From a virus (taxonomy: Duplodnaviria; Caudoviricetes), in the IMG/VR virus record IMGVR_UViG_3300031555_000648, positions 20,458 through 84,457 of that record: 64,000 bases of DNA; one strand, given 5' to 3'. A program made the position numbers and the translations under genes. Within the stretch, counting starts at the first letter, position 1, and the number at the start of each line of letters is the position of its first letter. The notes beneath the pieces were generated by a model that did not search any database, was not told the DNA's origin, and was given only the letters and a program-made list of their open reading frames with translations. Shown piece after piece: positions 30,001-39,962 of this stretch.

Positions 30001-31467
30001 TTATAAGTATTCAGCAGTAATTGTTACAGTACCTAAGGTAAGCACATTTTCTTCTGCACTAGGTCTAATAATATCCTCTGTTGGTGTGTTGATACGGAAT
30101 GACAAGATACCATCAAAGGTGTTCTTAATCTCATTCTCAATATCAGACTTTGTAAGTGTGTCTCCAAACTGTAACTCACCATAGTGGAATGTCACACCCT
30201 CTAAATAAGCTGTTGCATTTGCCACTAACTCATCTTTGTCATAGTCTGGGTCAACAAACATTTTAGCCGAAATATTTACAGGCTGTGGAACATAAGAATG
30301 TAACTCATGTGAGATACCTGCAATACATCTTGCACCAATGTATGACATTATGTCTGACACTAGCTTATCTGTCATGCTATAACCATTTCTAAGCATATAG
30401 AAGAGGTCAACATTTCTCGGATTATTCACCTCATCTTTTCTCATAGCTTTCACACACAGTAGGTCATAAAAGTTAATCCTTAAAAGGTCTTCATAGTCCT
30501 CAAAGGTGACTAATCGGTCTCTGGTTCGGAAACTTGCAGGTGCATTTTGTTTAATGCTGTCAAGACTCTCTTTCTCATGACCTAACACTGTTGCTTCAAG
30601 GTTAAATGTGGACTCCACATAAGCAATGCTTGTATCTAACTCTGTGATGATATTAGCACTTACATTACCCACTTCACCACCACCAATTCTGTAGTTGGCA
30701 ACAATACCATTTGGATATGCTGTAGGAACTTTACCTTTCAGACCATTTCCAAACTCTACAGTACACACATTAAACTCATCAACGCTAGTCATGAACACCT
30801 TGCTTGTCTCATCATAGTCAAGGAAACTGTCAACTCTCTTCCAGAGTTCTTGACCTGTTCCCTCATTCACATAGAGTTCAATACTGTCAACTAACACTCC
30901 TGTGTAGTTTAACTTGAAAGACTGCAAAGGTGCACCAGATGAAGTTCCAATAACATCTTGGTACACACTAGACCCATGTTTAATTGTAGCTGTGTATAAG
31001 TACTTGCCATTCTTGTCTTGCTCATTACCAAGAGCACCACTTGGGATAATAAGGTCTTCCATGGTCTCAAAGTAAAGTGTAGCAAGGTCAGAAGAGTCTT
31101 TGGTCTTGACTACAGTTCCTTTAGGAATAACTGTTATCTCATCTCTAGGCTCACCTAAAACAAACACTTGCTCATACTCACTTGCTGTCTGATTATAAGG
31201 TGTGTAGCCTAAACACTTGGCAATAATAACTGCAAGACTTCTATCCTGTGTAGTAGGAAGAAGCACATCATTTGCAATTATATCTAAATACAACGAAAGA
31301 ATATCCAGACCATTTGCGAGTGCTTCAAGTATTACAATACCTGCGTCAGTACCACTTGTGTCTGTATATTCTGGCATTTTCTCCTGCAACTTTTGTATAA
31401 GCAGTTCTCTAAATGCTTCATAATCCCTGCTTGTGTAATCAATATTAGCTGTTGGTTTTCTACTCAT
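30001..31467 (-). CDS. baseplate J-like protein
   Basis: IDYTSRDYEA, YRIGGGEVGNV, ESLDSIKQNAP...RDRLVTFEDY. Confidence 0.85.
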   Translation of the reverse strand: MSRKPTANIDYTSRDYEAFRELLIQKLQEKMPEYTDTSGTDAGIVILEALANGLDILSLYLDIIANDVLLPTTQDRSLAVIIAKCLGYTPYNQTASEYEQVFVLGEPRDEITVIPKGTVVKTKDSSDLATLYFETMEDLIIPSGALGNEQDKNGKYLYTATIKHGSSVYQDVIGTSSGAPLQSFKLNYTGVLVDSIELYVNEGTGQELWKRVDSFLDYDETSKVFMTSVDEFNVCTVEFGNGLKGKVPTAYPNGIVANYRIGGGEVGNVSANIITELDTSIAYVESTFNLEATVLGHEKESLDSIKQNAPASFRTRDRLVTFEDYEDLLRINFYDLLCVKAMRKDEVNNPRNVDLFYMLRNGYSMTDKLVSDIMSYIGARCIAGISHELHSYVPQPVNISAKMFVDPDYDKDELVANATAYLEGVTFHYGELQFGDTLTKSDIENEIKNTFDGILSFRINTPTEDIIRPSAEENVLTLGTVTITAEYL

Positions 31468-31876
31468 GACTCACTTCACCTACCTTTATTTTACTTGTGT
31501 AAAAAGTGTTGTACTTAATGATTTTGTATGAGATTAAAGCATATAAGTACTCTACTCCATTATCATCTACTTCGACTTCAAACTCTATGCCATCTTCTTC
31601 ACATTCAATTCTTCGCTCCAATCTGTCAAGGTCAGAAACAATTCTGGTCTTTAACACCTGCTGTAAGGTCAAGTCATTTGGCTCAAAAAGAAGTGAAGTA
31701 ACAGTGGTATAAATATCTGCTTCCATAGGTCTTTCTAAATAATTTGTGTTGAATATCTGTTGAATACTCTCCGCAATGTGGGTTGGGTCTGTTCTGCTTG
31801 TTGTTGACATTACACACCCACCACGATTACTTATACGGAAAGGATAACTGATACCTGTAAATCCACTCTGTGGCAT
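31460..31876 (-). CDS. baseplate wedge gpW/gp25-like protein
   Basis: GISYPFR...ESIQQI...T...ER...LLFEP. Confidence 0.8.
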   Translation of the reverse strand: MPQSGFTGISYPFRISNRGGCVMSTTSRTDPTHIAESIQQIFNTNYLERPMEADIYTTVTSLLFEPNDLTLQQVLKTRIVSDLDRLERRIECEEDGIEFEVEVDDNGVEYLYALISYKIIKYNTFYTSKIKVGEVSHE

Positions 31877-31894
31877 AGGTCATTACCTCCTTTA

Positions 31895-32572
31895 TTATAC
31901 AGGCAGTCCTGTCTCGTCACCACCTGTTGTAACACCACTGTGCTTGTGTGATGTAAGAGAAACATTGTTTGCAACAACGCTTGTAGTACCAAGTACTGTA
32001 GAACCTTTGACTTGTGCTGTAGCTGTCACATTCTTAGCAGATACAGAAGCGTCAGCATTGATTGTACCTCCACCATTCTCACTTGCTGTAGCAGTAATAT
32101 CTCCTGCTGAAACAGAATAAGCAGTGACTTTACCTTTAACTACAAGGTTTCCGTCAACTGTCACTTTGTTGTGCTCTATCTTTAAATCACACACTCCTGC
32201 TCCAACATTTATGTCTATTGTACCATCTTTCATTGTGATTGTACAGTCGGCATAACTAATAATTCTTACTTTGTCAACATCAGAATAGTTACCACCTAAA
32301 GGAGACATATTCTTCTGCCACCAACCACCAAAGTAAACAGGTCTATTAGCGTCACCTGCAATGAATTGAACCCACACTGTCTCATCTTTAGCAGGAATAC
32401 AAAAATCACCACCATTATCATAGGCAACAGGAACTACAGGGTCACACCATGCACTCTCCGTACTTCCTCCTAAAACTTCTGGACATTTAATTTTTATTCT
32501 TCCACGCTTCTCTGGGTCATTGATATTTGTAACAACACCTTGATACATACCATAATATTTATTTTCTGCCAT
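31895..32572 (-). CDS. baseplate spike gpV/Vgr OB-fold protein
   Basis: GVVTNINDPEKRGRIKI...P...VWVQFIAGDANRPVYFG; C-terminal HKHSGV. Confidence 0.85.
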   Translation of the reverse strand: MAENKYYGMYQGVVTNINDPEKRGRIKIKCPEVLGGSTESAWCDPVVPVAYDNGGDFCIPAKDETVWVQFIAGDANRPVYFGGWWQKNMSPLGGNYSDVDKVRIISYADCTITMKDGTIDINVGAGVCDLKIEHNKVTVDGNLVVKGKVTAYSVSAGDITATASENGGGTINADASVSAKNVTATAQVKGSTVLGTTSVVANNVSLTSHKHSGVTTGGDETGLPV

Positions 32573-32583
32573 AACTATACCTC

Positions 32584-33207
32584 CTAAGGAATGATAAATA
32601 CTTGACCCGGATAAATCAAGTTAGGGTTAGCAATCTTTCCTGTGTTTGCGTCAACAATCTTAGTGTACATAGAACCACTTCCATAAAATCTCTTAGCAAT
32701 ATTCCAGAGACAATCACCCTTAACAACAGTGTATGTTCTCTGTGCTGTACTTGCTTGAGGTGAAGAAGCAACTTTCTTCTCCACAGCAGGTTTCTGGGTA
32801 GTAGAAGAGGTAACTTTAAGAGATTTACCAAAGTCTGTTCTGATAAGCACTGCACTATGAGAATAACCATTACTACTAATTTGTCTTGTCACTTCTTTTA
32901 CATAATAATTACCACTTAAATACTTACCAAGACCCTCTAACTTTACAGTATCACCTGCTCTTAATTTTATGGTCTCTTCTGTAACAATGAAACTTAAAGT
33001 ACCAGAGAGTGTGTTTAACTCAATGGTGTTATATTGTTTCTCTACTGAACCTGTACTACTGTCTTTGTCGGAAGTGGAAGAAGTGAGGTTATCACCATTA
33101 CTACTATTTTGGCTACTTGGGGAAGTATCAGTATCTTCTGTTGTAGTCGTACTCTTTGTCCATTCACCTGTACTTGGGTCATAGGTGTATGAAGAACTTC
33201 TTGGCAT
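32584..33207 (-). CDS. gpD-like C-terminal domain fused to LysM
   Basis: [23 protein letters not shown]; [18 protein letters not shown]...NLIYPGQ. Confidence 0.75.
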   Translation of the reverse strand: MPRSSSYTYDPSTGEWTKSTTTTEDTDTSPSSQNSSNGDNLTSSTSDKDSSTGSVEKQYNTIELNTLSGTLSFIVTEETIKLRAGDTVKLEGLGKYLSGNYYVKEVTRQISSNGYSHSAVLIRTDFGKSLKVTSSTTQKPAVEKKVASSPQASTAQRTYTVVKGDCLWNIAKRFYGSGSMYTKIVDANTGKIANPNLIYPGQVFIIP

Positions 33208-33219
33208 AATCTCACCTCC

Positions 33220-34065
33220 TTAATTCTTAGTCCACGTTCTTGTTGCAGGGTTATAAGTATAACCACCACTAGCACTCTGGCTAGAAGCACTACCATTCTC
33301 ACTTGCACTACCACTTCCAGAACTGACTGTACCATTGGAAGTAGAAACACTCTTATCACTTGTGTTGACAGAAGCACCACTAATTTCAACTTTCTTAGTC
33401 TCTTTGTTAATCTTAGGACTAAAACTGATAACCTCATGTGGGTACTTCTTGTAAGTCAAGGTCATTTTAGGTGTCTCTAATTTACCCATCTTCACATAGT
33501 AGAATGTATTTCCAACTAAACGTGCTGTAAATGGGTAAACTTCATCACCTGCAAGTTTGGTAATGAAGTCAATATCTGTCTGGTTTGACTGTGTAATGGT
33601 CTCATGAGTTTTAAAGGCATAATCACTCTCAATAACACATGAATAACCATAACTCTGCACAATCTTCTTAACCACGTCAGCATTTGTACAATTATTAAAG
33701 GTTGCGTCTTTCTTTGTCCTATTCATAATATGGGTGTTGTCCATACAAGTAATAGTCAATTTCGGACTACCTGTATTTTCAAAGTTTATATCAATGGCAC
33801 TAATGTACCCCTCAAAATTCACACGATAGGTGGTGTTATCCCACCCCAACTTTATTTTGATAGAGTTGTCTTCTAAGAAGATGTTATCCTCTATAAAAAG
33901 AAACTCTGGGTCAGTGATAACAAGTGTTGCTGTATCACTGCCCTCAACTGTCTCTTTTATATCAATAGAGTTTATACAGGCTTTCTTATTCATTCCGAGT
34001 TTAGTACCACTAATCCAAACATCATAAATTATGGCTAAAATGCCACCTTGTTTATACTTAGACAT
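33220..34065 (-). CDS. baseplate hub/late control D-like protein (N-terminal part)
   Basis: ITQSNQTDIDFITKLA pattern; position after the LysM/tail X gene. Confidence 0.7.
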   Translation of the reverse strand: MSKYKQGGILAIIYDVWISGTKLGMNKKACINSIDIKETVEGSDTATLVITDPEFLFIEDNIFLEDNSIKIKLGWDNTTYRVNFEGYISAIDINFENTGSPKLTITCMDNTHIMNRTKKDATFNNCTNADVVKKIVQSYGYSCVIESDYAFKTHETITQSNQTDIDFITKLAGDEVYPFTARLVGNTFYYVKMGKLETPKMTLTYKKYPHEVISFSPKINKETKKVEISGASVNTSDKSVSTSNGTVSSGSGSASENGSASSQSASGGYTYNPATRTWTKN

Positions 34066-34357
34066 TTACTAAACTCACCACCTCTTCATAATCTGGAATG
34101 AGAATAACATCACCACACTGTATGTCAAACTCTGTTCTGTATTTAGGGTTTGCGTCTAAAATCGCCCATCTTAGAGCACAAACACCATAGTAACGAAAAG
34201 CAACACCATCAAGTGTATCACCCTCACACCATTCATGGTTGGTGCAATTTTCTTGATTGAAAGTAAAACGCTTTCTCATTTCAAGTGTAGGACTATCCCA
34301 CCCCAATCTGGTGGCTTGTCTTGTATGTAAGTATCTTGAATTTTCATATACTGCCAT
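34058..34357 (-). CDS. tail X/LysM-like baseplate protein
   Basis: EGDTLDGVAFRYYG...WAILDANP...GDVILIP. Confidence 0.7.
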   Translation of the reverse strand: MAVYENSRYLHTRQATRLGWDSPTLEMRKRFTFNQENCTNHEWCEGDTLDGVAFRYYGVCALRWAILDANPKYRTEFDIQCGDVILIPDYEEVVSLVNV

Positions 34358-34806
34358 TATGCACCCACCTGCCTTACTGTTAATGTGAAACGTGTCATGA
34401 GTGGCTGACCATCTTCATTCAACCACTCATCATTCACGTCTAAGTGTACAAGTACTAAGGTCTTTACAAAGTAACCATAAGCAAAAGTGAATGTAGGTGG
34501 CTTTGTAAAAGACTCTTTATTCTTTTCTGGTGGTAAAAGACCCTCAAGGAACTTTCTTGCAGTGTTAATCTTACCACTATAAGGCTTATCATAATAAAAC
34601 ACTTCAAAAGAGAACTCTCTCACTTGACCTCCGACATATTGAGTTAAAGGATAACTCATGCCCGGACTTTCGATTGAAGTGTAGTTTGCCCCTCTTCCGT
34701 ATGGAACGGAAGTAGGGTTAAACTGAAAAGTCATCTTTTTATTATTGTCATTTCTGATAACATAACACCTTGTCTTTGCTCTGCTGTCTGCATTAAACTT
34801 ACTCAT
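34357..34806 (-). CDS. contractile injection system tube-initiator-like protein
   Basis: FQFNPTSV...PLTQYVGGQ; follows the tape measure gene. Confidence 0.65.
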   Translation of the reverse strand: MSKFNADSRAKTRCYVIRNDNNKKMTFQFNPTSVPYGRGANYTSIESPGMSYPLTQYVGGQVREFSFEVFYYDKPYSGKINTARKFLEGLLPPEKNKESFTKPPTFTFAYGYFVKTLVLVHLDVNDEWLNEDGQPLMTRFTLTVRQVGA

Positions 34807-34820
34807 CTACATTCACCTCC

Positions 34821-37800
34821 TTATGCGTAGTTCAACATTCTGTCTAACTCTTGTTGTCTTCTGATATATTCAAGCACCATTCTAGCAAACTTCATTGCTT
34901 CTTCCTCGGAAGCGTTCTGTACTGTTACTTGAATAGCACCCTCATTGAACACTACGGAGTTGTCTGTGTCACCTTGGATTGTCTGGTTGTTTGTGGTGTT
35001 AGTTGTCAAATACTTCTGGTAGTTATTATCACCTTGAGTATTAGAAACTTGGCTAGTGGAATTGCTTACAGGCTCAATGCTACTCATTTGAGTAGAAATC
35101 ATCTTAGCAAGGACTCCAATCCAACCTGTATTATTCTCAAGTGGCATAACTGCTTCTGCACCTGCTTCACCCACTACTGAAAGTGTAGGTGTGGTTACAA
35201 CACCACCTTGTGCTAACTGTGGCACTTCAAGTTCAGTGATTTTAGTGATACTTACACCCGGAATTGCATTGATTACATCAATAGCACCATTCAGTGCACT
35301 GATAACACCATTGATAATTCCACAGATAAATTCAAGTACTGCATTTACTGCTCCCTTAAGAACACTTGTGATTGTATCTGCTACAGTGTTAAATGCTGTG
35401 GTAATTCCCTCCCAAAGTGTACTAAAGAACTCTGAAATTGGTGTAATGATATTAGTACTAATCCACTCAACAATGGTCAACATTACTGACTTAACACTCT
35501 CAATGAATGAGGTCACACCTGTTACAATTCCCTCCCACAATCCACTAAAGAATGTGGAAACAGGAGTTATGATGTTAGTGTTAATCCACTCTACGATTGT
35601 GCCAATTACAGCTTTCGCACTTTCTACAAAGGAAGTGATACCTGCTACGATTGTGTTCCAAAGTTCTACAAAGAAGTTCACAATAGGGTCAATCACATTT
35701 GCTTTAATCCACTGTACAAACACACTTACCAGAACTGTGATAATCTCAACTACTTTCATCACGATTTCCACGATTTTTGAAACGATTGGGAATACAATAT
35801 TGGTAAAGAAGTTCACAATAGGTTGGATAACATTTGTGTAAATCCAACTTGCAATAGTGCTAAAGAAAGTCTTCACTTTATTTATTACAGTAGATACACC
35901 TGTCACAATTCCGTTCCACAAATTAACAAAGAATGTTGCTACAGGCTCAATTACATTGTCATAAATCCAACTTCCTATTGTACTAAAGAACTCACAAATC
36001 TTCGCCCAATTATCTTTAATTAAGACAATGGCTGTTGTAACAACACCAATGATACCTGCAACGAGAGCCGCTATCGGTCCAGAACAGATACCTAAAATAA
36101 CTGCTCCAACTGCACCTATAGCAAGACCTACCCACTTAATAATCTCCCAGAACCAACTGAAACCATCAATAAGCTGTTTTACAAATCCTGTTACAGCCAT
36201 TGCAATACCACCAACAAATGAAATGATACCTGCTACTGTAGTTCCAACAGAACCAAACACTATTGTAAGAGAGTCTTTTAAGCCAATACCACCAGAAGCA
36301 ACTGCTTTAAATACTTCTAGTAATTTTGAGAAGAAGCCAACACCTTGACCTCCTTTCAATACAGTAATCATTGCTCCAATTCCCTCGGCAATTTTTCCAA
36401 ACACACCACCAAGTTTTAACTTAGAAACTCCTTGGAAAATAGCCACAATAGGTGTGAGGAATTTTGCAACAGCACCAATAGCTTTAACAATTCCATAGAA
36501 TACTAAAGCGTCTGCTGTAAAGTTGGCAAAACTTTGTCCAAAGTCATACCATGCTTGTGTGTCACCACTTGCTAACTTCTGTAGGAACTCTGTGAGATTA
36601 TCTACTAAAGACTCAAGTGCTGTTCCCTCAATATTATCAAGGAAACCCATTACTGCTGTCTTTACATTCTCACCGATTTGTTTCCAACCATCAATGAAGC
36701 CTTGCTTAAAGAAGTCAAATCTGTACTTGAGGTCAAGGATAGCTTCAACAAGTGGAAGAATACCTAACTCTTTTGCTTTCAAGAAATTCTCTTCACTTAG
36801 TGTGTAGTCATTCCAACCATCTGCTACAGCTTTAAACAACATCATGACTTCCATGAGACCCACTGTGAGGTTACTAAAGAAGTCATCTTTACTATTCAAG
36901 TCTGCAAGAACTACTTTAAGGTCTTCAACACTTCCATTTACAGCTTGATATGCTGTTTTGAAAGATGTAACAAGACCATTTACAAAGAATGTGGTGTTGG
37001 TTCTAATTCCTGCAAAATCACTCTTCCAAGCAAGTGCAAGAAGACCAATAGTTGCTGTAAGTGGTAACAATGTTCCAAGTATCTTCAAAGCACCTGTCTT
37101 AATAAGTGTTCCAATGCTACCAAAGGTCTTACCCATGGTCAGAAGCATTAAACTAAGACCAGACATAGCAGAGGTAACTTTAAGTGCTACACCTGCTAAA
37201 ATCAAAAGGACACCTACTACTGCAACACCAATAGTTGCAATCTTAACTAATTCTGGATTATTTGCTACTAAACCTCTAAGACTATCTGCAAGTGCTAACA
37301 CTTTGTCAATTACCCATTCTAAAGGAGTCATAATAGACGTTAAAGCACTACCAATCACATTTGCTATATTAGTTAATTCTTCATCTGGAATTGCAAATAC
37401 ATAATCCGAAATTTTTGTGATGAGGTCTGAAAACTTATCATACACACCACTTTCTGAAATTTTTGCAATGGTCTGGAAAAGAATGTCTCCCATATTAGAG
37501 AGTCTCTGCATAGGTGTACCTGCTAAAGAAGCGGTCATTCCAAGCATACCTAACTTTTCAATAAGGTCTGCAACTTGCTGTGCTCTAGCTTCCATAGTAG
37601 AACCTTTATCTTCTCCAAGAATACTTGTAATATCAATACCTGCACCTCTCTTAAGTGATAGTGCATTTCCCTCTGCAATATACTCTCTAAGAGCACCCAT
37701 AGCGGCTTGAATACCTGTACCATAAGCATTTCTCATTTGAGGTGCGAAAGCCGCTAAATCAGACGCATAATCCATAAGTGTCTGACTAGCACTACCTGTG

Positions 37801-38237
37801 CTAGTTGCAATCTCATCAAATGCTTCAATACCCACAGACTTTAAAGAGGTTACTACAGGAATGAGGTCTTCAAACGCAAATATGCTATTCTTAGCATATT
37901 CTTGAATTTTACCTAACATCATGTCTCCTGCTCCCTCACCTAAATCGGAGTAGAGCATTTGTAACTGATTACCTGCGTACATTAAAGTAGTTCCTGTGTC
38001 AGTTACTTTTCTTATTACTTGACCTAGTGTAGATATGATGGTGTTACCCATACCTAAAAAGGCACTTCCTATCTGGTCAGAGACAACAGAAAGAGCAGAC
38101 AACGAAGCCATCTGGTCTAAAGATGACGTTGCGTTCTCTGCTGTTTGTGTTAATGTGTTCAATGAATTTACAGCATTGTTAATACCTGCTGTCGCATTAT
38201 CTGTAAAAGATAACACTAAACCTAGTCCGAAATCCAT
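34821..38237 (-). CDS. tape measure protein
   Basis: 1138 aa, helical with periodic F..LW..I repeats; downstream of the chaperones. Confidence 0.85.
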   Translation of the reverse strand: MDFGLGLVLSFTDNATAGINNAVNSLNTLTQTAENATSSLDQMASLSALSVVSDQIGSAFLGMGNTIISTLGQVIRKVTDTGTTLMYAGNQLQMLYSDLGEGAGDMMLGKIQEYAKNSIFAFEDLIPVVTSLKSVGIEAFDEIATSTGSASQTLMDYASDLAAFAPQMRNAYGTGIQAAMGALREYIAEGNALSLKRGAGIDITSILGEDKGSTMEARAQQVADLIEKLGMLGMTASLAGTPMQRLSNMGDILFQTIAKISESGVYDKFSDLITKISDYVFAIPDEELTNIANVIGSALTSIMTPLEWVIDKVLALADSLRGLVANNPELVKIATIGVAVVGVLLILAGVALKVTSAMSGLSLMLLTMGKTFGSIGTLIKTGALKILGTLLPLTATIGLLALAWKSDFAGIRTNTTFFVNGLVTSFKTAYQAVNGSVEDLKVVLADLNSKDDFFSNLTVGLMEVMMLFKAVADGWNDYTLSEENFLKAKELGILPLVEAILDLKYRFDFFKQGFIDGWKQIGENVKTAVMGFLDNIEGTALESLVDNLTEFLQKLASGDTQAWYDFGQSFANFTADALVFYGIVKAIGAVAKFLTPIVAIFQGVSKLKLGGVFGKIAEGIGAMITVLKGGQGVGFFSKLLEVFKAVASGGIGLKDSLTIVFGSVGTTVAGIISFVGGIAMAVTGFVKQLIDGFSWFWEIIKWVGLAIGAVGAVILGICSGPIAALVAGIIGVVTTAIVLIKDNWAKICEFFSTIGSWIYDNVIEPVATFFVNLWNGIVTGVSTVINKVKTFFSTIASWIYTNVIQPIVNFFTNIVFPIVSKIVEIVMKVVEIITVLVSVFVQWIKANVIDPIVNFFVELWNTIVAGITSFVESAKAVIGTIVEWINTNIITPVSTFFSGLWEGIVTGVTSFIESVKSVMLTIVEWISTNIITPISEFFSTLWEGITTAFNTVADTITSVLKGAVNAVLEFICGIINGVISALNGAIDVINAIPGVSITKITELEVPQLAQGGVVTTPTLSVVGEAGAEAVMPLENNTGWIGVLAKMISTQMSSIEPVSNSTSQVSNTQGDNNYQKYLTTNTTNNQTIQGDTDNSVVFNEGAIQVTVQNASEEEAMKFARMVLEYIRRQQELDRMLNYA

Positions 38238-38256
38238 CTAGGCACTCTCCTTTCCC

Positions 38257-38499
38257 TTAATGACTTTCTTTGTATTTAGGTTTCTTAGGAGTTGTGCCAC
38301 TATTACTGCCACTACCACTTTCGGCTTTTAACTGTTGTCGTATTCTGTCATTGAACACCCCACGCTCTGTGCATGGAGTGTTCCAACATTCTTCTCTACT
38401 CCAATGATAGAAGTAAGCAAGGTTGTGTACTTCCATAAGTGTCATGTCTATGTTAGTGTTGCACAATATGTCATCACTAACAAAAGACATTGCACCCAT
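38257..38499 (-). CDS. tail assembly chaperone, -1 frame extension (gpT-like)
   Basis: In the -1 frame of the upstream chaperone; LAYFYHWSREE...ER motif. Confidence 0.7.
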   Translation of the reverse strand: MGAMSFVSDDILCNTNIDMTLMEVHNLAYFYHWSREECWNTPCTERGVFNDRIRQQLKAESGSGSNSGTTPKKPKYKESH

Positions 38500-39344
38500 T
38501 ATAAAAAATTTGACTGACCAACCTCACCACTAATATCTTGACCACAAGTAGAGCAGACAATATCAATATTAGTATCAAGACCAAAAGTATTCTCTTTGAT
38601 AATTTTCTCTAAAATCTCCCTGTCTCTAAGAGTCATTTCGTTTACATTATTCTGTGTTACTAACGCACCATCATTAAATGCGATAAGACGTGTCAACATC
38701 ATTGTCATAGCTGTGGACACATTCTTCTTGAACAGAGGTGTAACAATCTCTCTGTCAAATCCATTAGGAAGACGAAGAACACCCTCTTTGTGGATTTCTC
38801 CCTTTCCATCTTTGTAACCACGCAAAAGCGTAAAGTTGATTGCAGACTGACCCTTGTATGGTTTAAGACCAAACTCATCAGTGCTTACAATAGTGGTCAA
38901 CTTAGTCTTACAGCTAGGGCAAGTGTGTTGGAACTCTACTTCTTTACCCTTAGAGAGTTCTCTAATCTTAAATGCCATGTAGTCTAAATCACCACCGAGA
39001 AGTTCTCTGATGATAGTTCCCCATTGAGCACCGCACTCTTTCTTAGTGAGAGTACCAATCTGGACAACACATCTTTCAACAAGAACATTCACCATCTTTG
39101 CACCATTGGAACGAATGTCAGCTTTACTGATAGCTTCTTCATCTTTACCATTCATTTCACGATAGGTAAAGGTGTTGTGAAGATTTCCGTCTTTGTCAAC
39201 GTAACCTGCAAGCATAGGCACGTCATGAACATAACCATCTTCTGAAACTTCAACCTCATTCAGATTTCTAATGCTCTCACTTTCAATCTGACTTACTACT
39301 TTCTCAAGTTCGTTTCCGTTGTTTGCTTTCTTTAATCCTGCCAT
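38499..39344 (-). CDS. tail assembly chaperone (gpG-like) with CxxC motifs
   Basis: Between tube and TMP; YREMNGKDEE...DLDYMAFKIR..S; CPSC and CSTC. Confidence 0.7.
   Translation of the reverse strand: MAGLKKANNGNELEKVVSQIESESIRNLNEVEVSEDGYVHDVPMLAGYVDKDGNLHNTFTYREMNGKDEEAISKADIRSNGAKMVNVLVERCVVQIGTLTKKECGAQWGTIIRELLGGDLDYMAFKIRELSKGKEVEFQHTCPSCKTKLTTIVSTDEFGLKPYKGQSAINFTLLRGYKDGKGEIHKEGVLRLPNGFDREIVTPLFKKNVSTAMTMMLTRLIAFNDGALVTQNNVNEMTLRDREILEKIIKENTFGLDTNIDIVCSTCGQDISGEVGQSNFL
38502..38508 (-). other. programmed -1 ribosomal frameshift slippery site U UUU UUA
   Basis: AAT TTT TTA TAA; a -1 slip reads TTT TTT ATA ATG into the downstream ORF. Confidence 0.75.
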
Positions 39345-39468
39345 TATTCCTACCTCCATAACTGATATATTTATCTTGCTTCCTCTATAATACTATAAAA
39401 CCCCCACTTTTGCAAGTAGGGGTTTCACAGCAACCATTATTTAATTAAGTTGGGAGGAAGAACCTTTA

Positions 39469-39951
39469 TTACAGGAAGTACTCAAACTGCATTGTAAGAG
39501 TCTCAATGATTACATCATCACTTGTTGCGTCAAGGTCTCCGCACTCATACTTACTGAACCAACATTCAGCAAGTTGGAACTCTCTACGAACATTACCAAA
39601 GCGGTCACAAACTTGGATAACCACAGTGCTTCTACAGTTGTTATTGTTAAACACTGTTTCATACTGTGTCTGCAAGTAGTCATCAGCATACATACCTCTT
39701 TCAAAGGTAATCTCACCTACAGACTCTCTGCCCGGAAGTTTGTGTGCGTGTTCGTACATATTCTCCAAGTACTCAACAACTGCTACTTCTCTACTAAGAC
39801 CTCCGACTTTCTGGAAACCAACACCTGTTGGAAGACCACTAATCTGAACCTTAAACATAAAGGACTGTAAAGGGTCTTGCTCAATGGTTCTGGAAGCAAA
39901 AGCCTTAGTAGTAATAACGTCTTTCAAAATCTTTGCAAATTTATTCATCAC
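39469..39951 (-). CDS. tail tube protein (T4 gp19-like)
   Basis: DPLQSFMFKV...KLPGR...ITFERG...DLDATSDDVIIETL. Confidence 0.85.
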   Translation of the reverse strand: MMNKFAKILKDVITTKAFASRTIEQDPLQSFMFKVQISGLPTGVGFQKVGGLSREVAVVEYLENMYEHAHKLPGRESVGEITFERGMYADDYLQTQYETVFNNNNCRSTVVIQVCDRFGNVRREFQLAECWFSKYECGDLDATSDDVIIETLTMQFEYFL

Positions 39952-39962
39952 GCTTTACCTCC

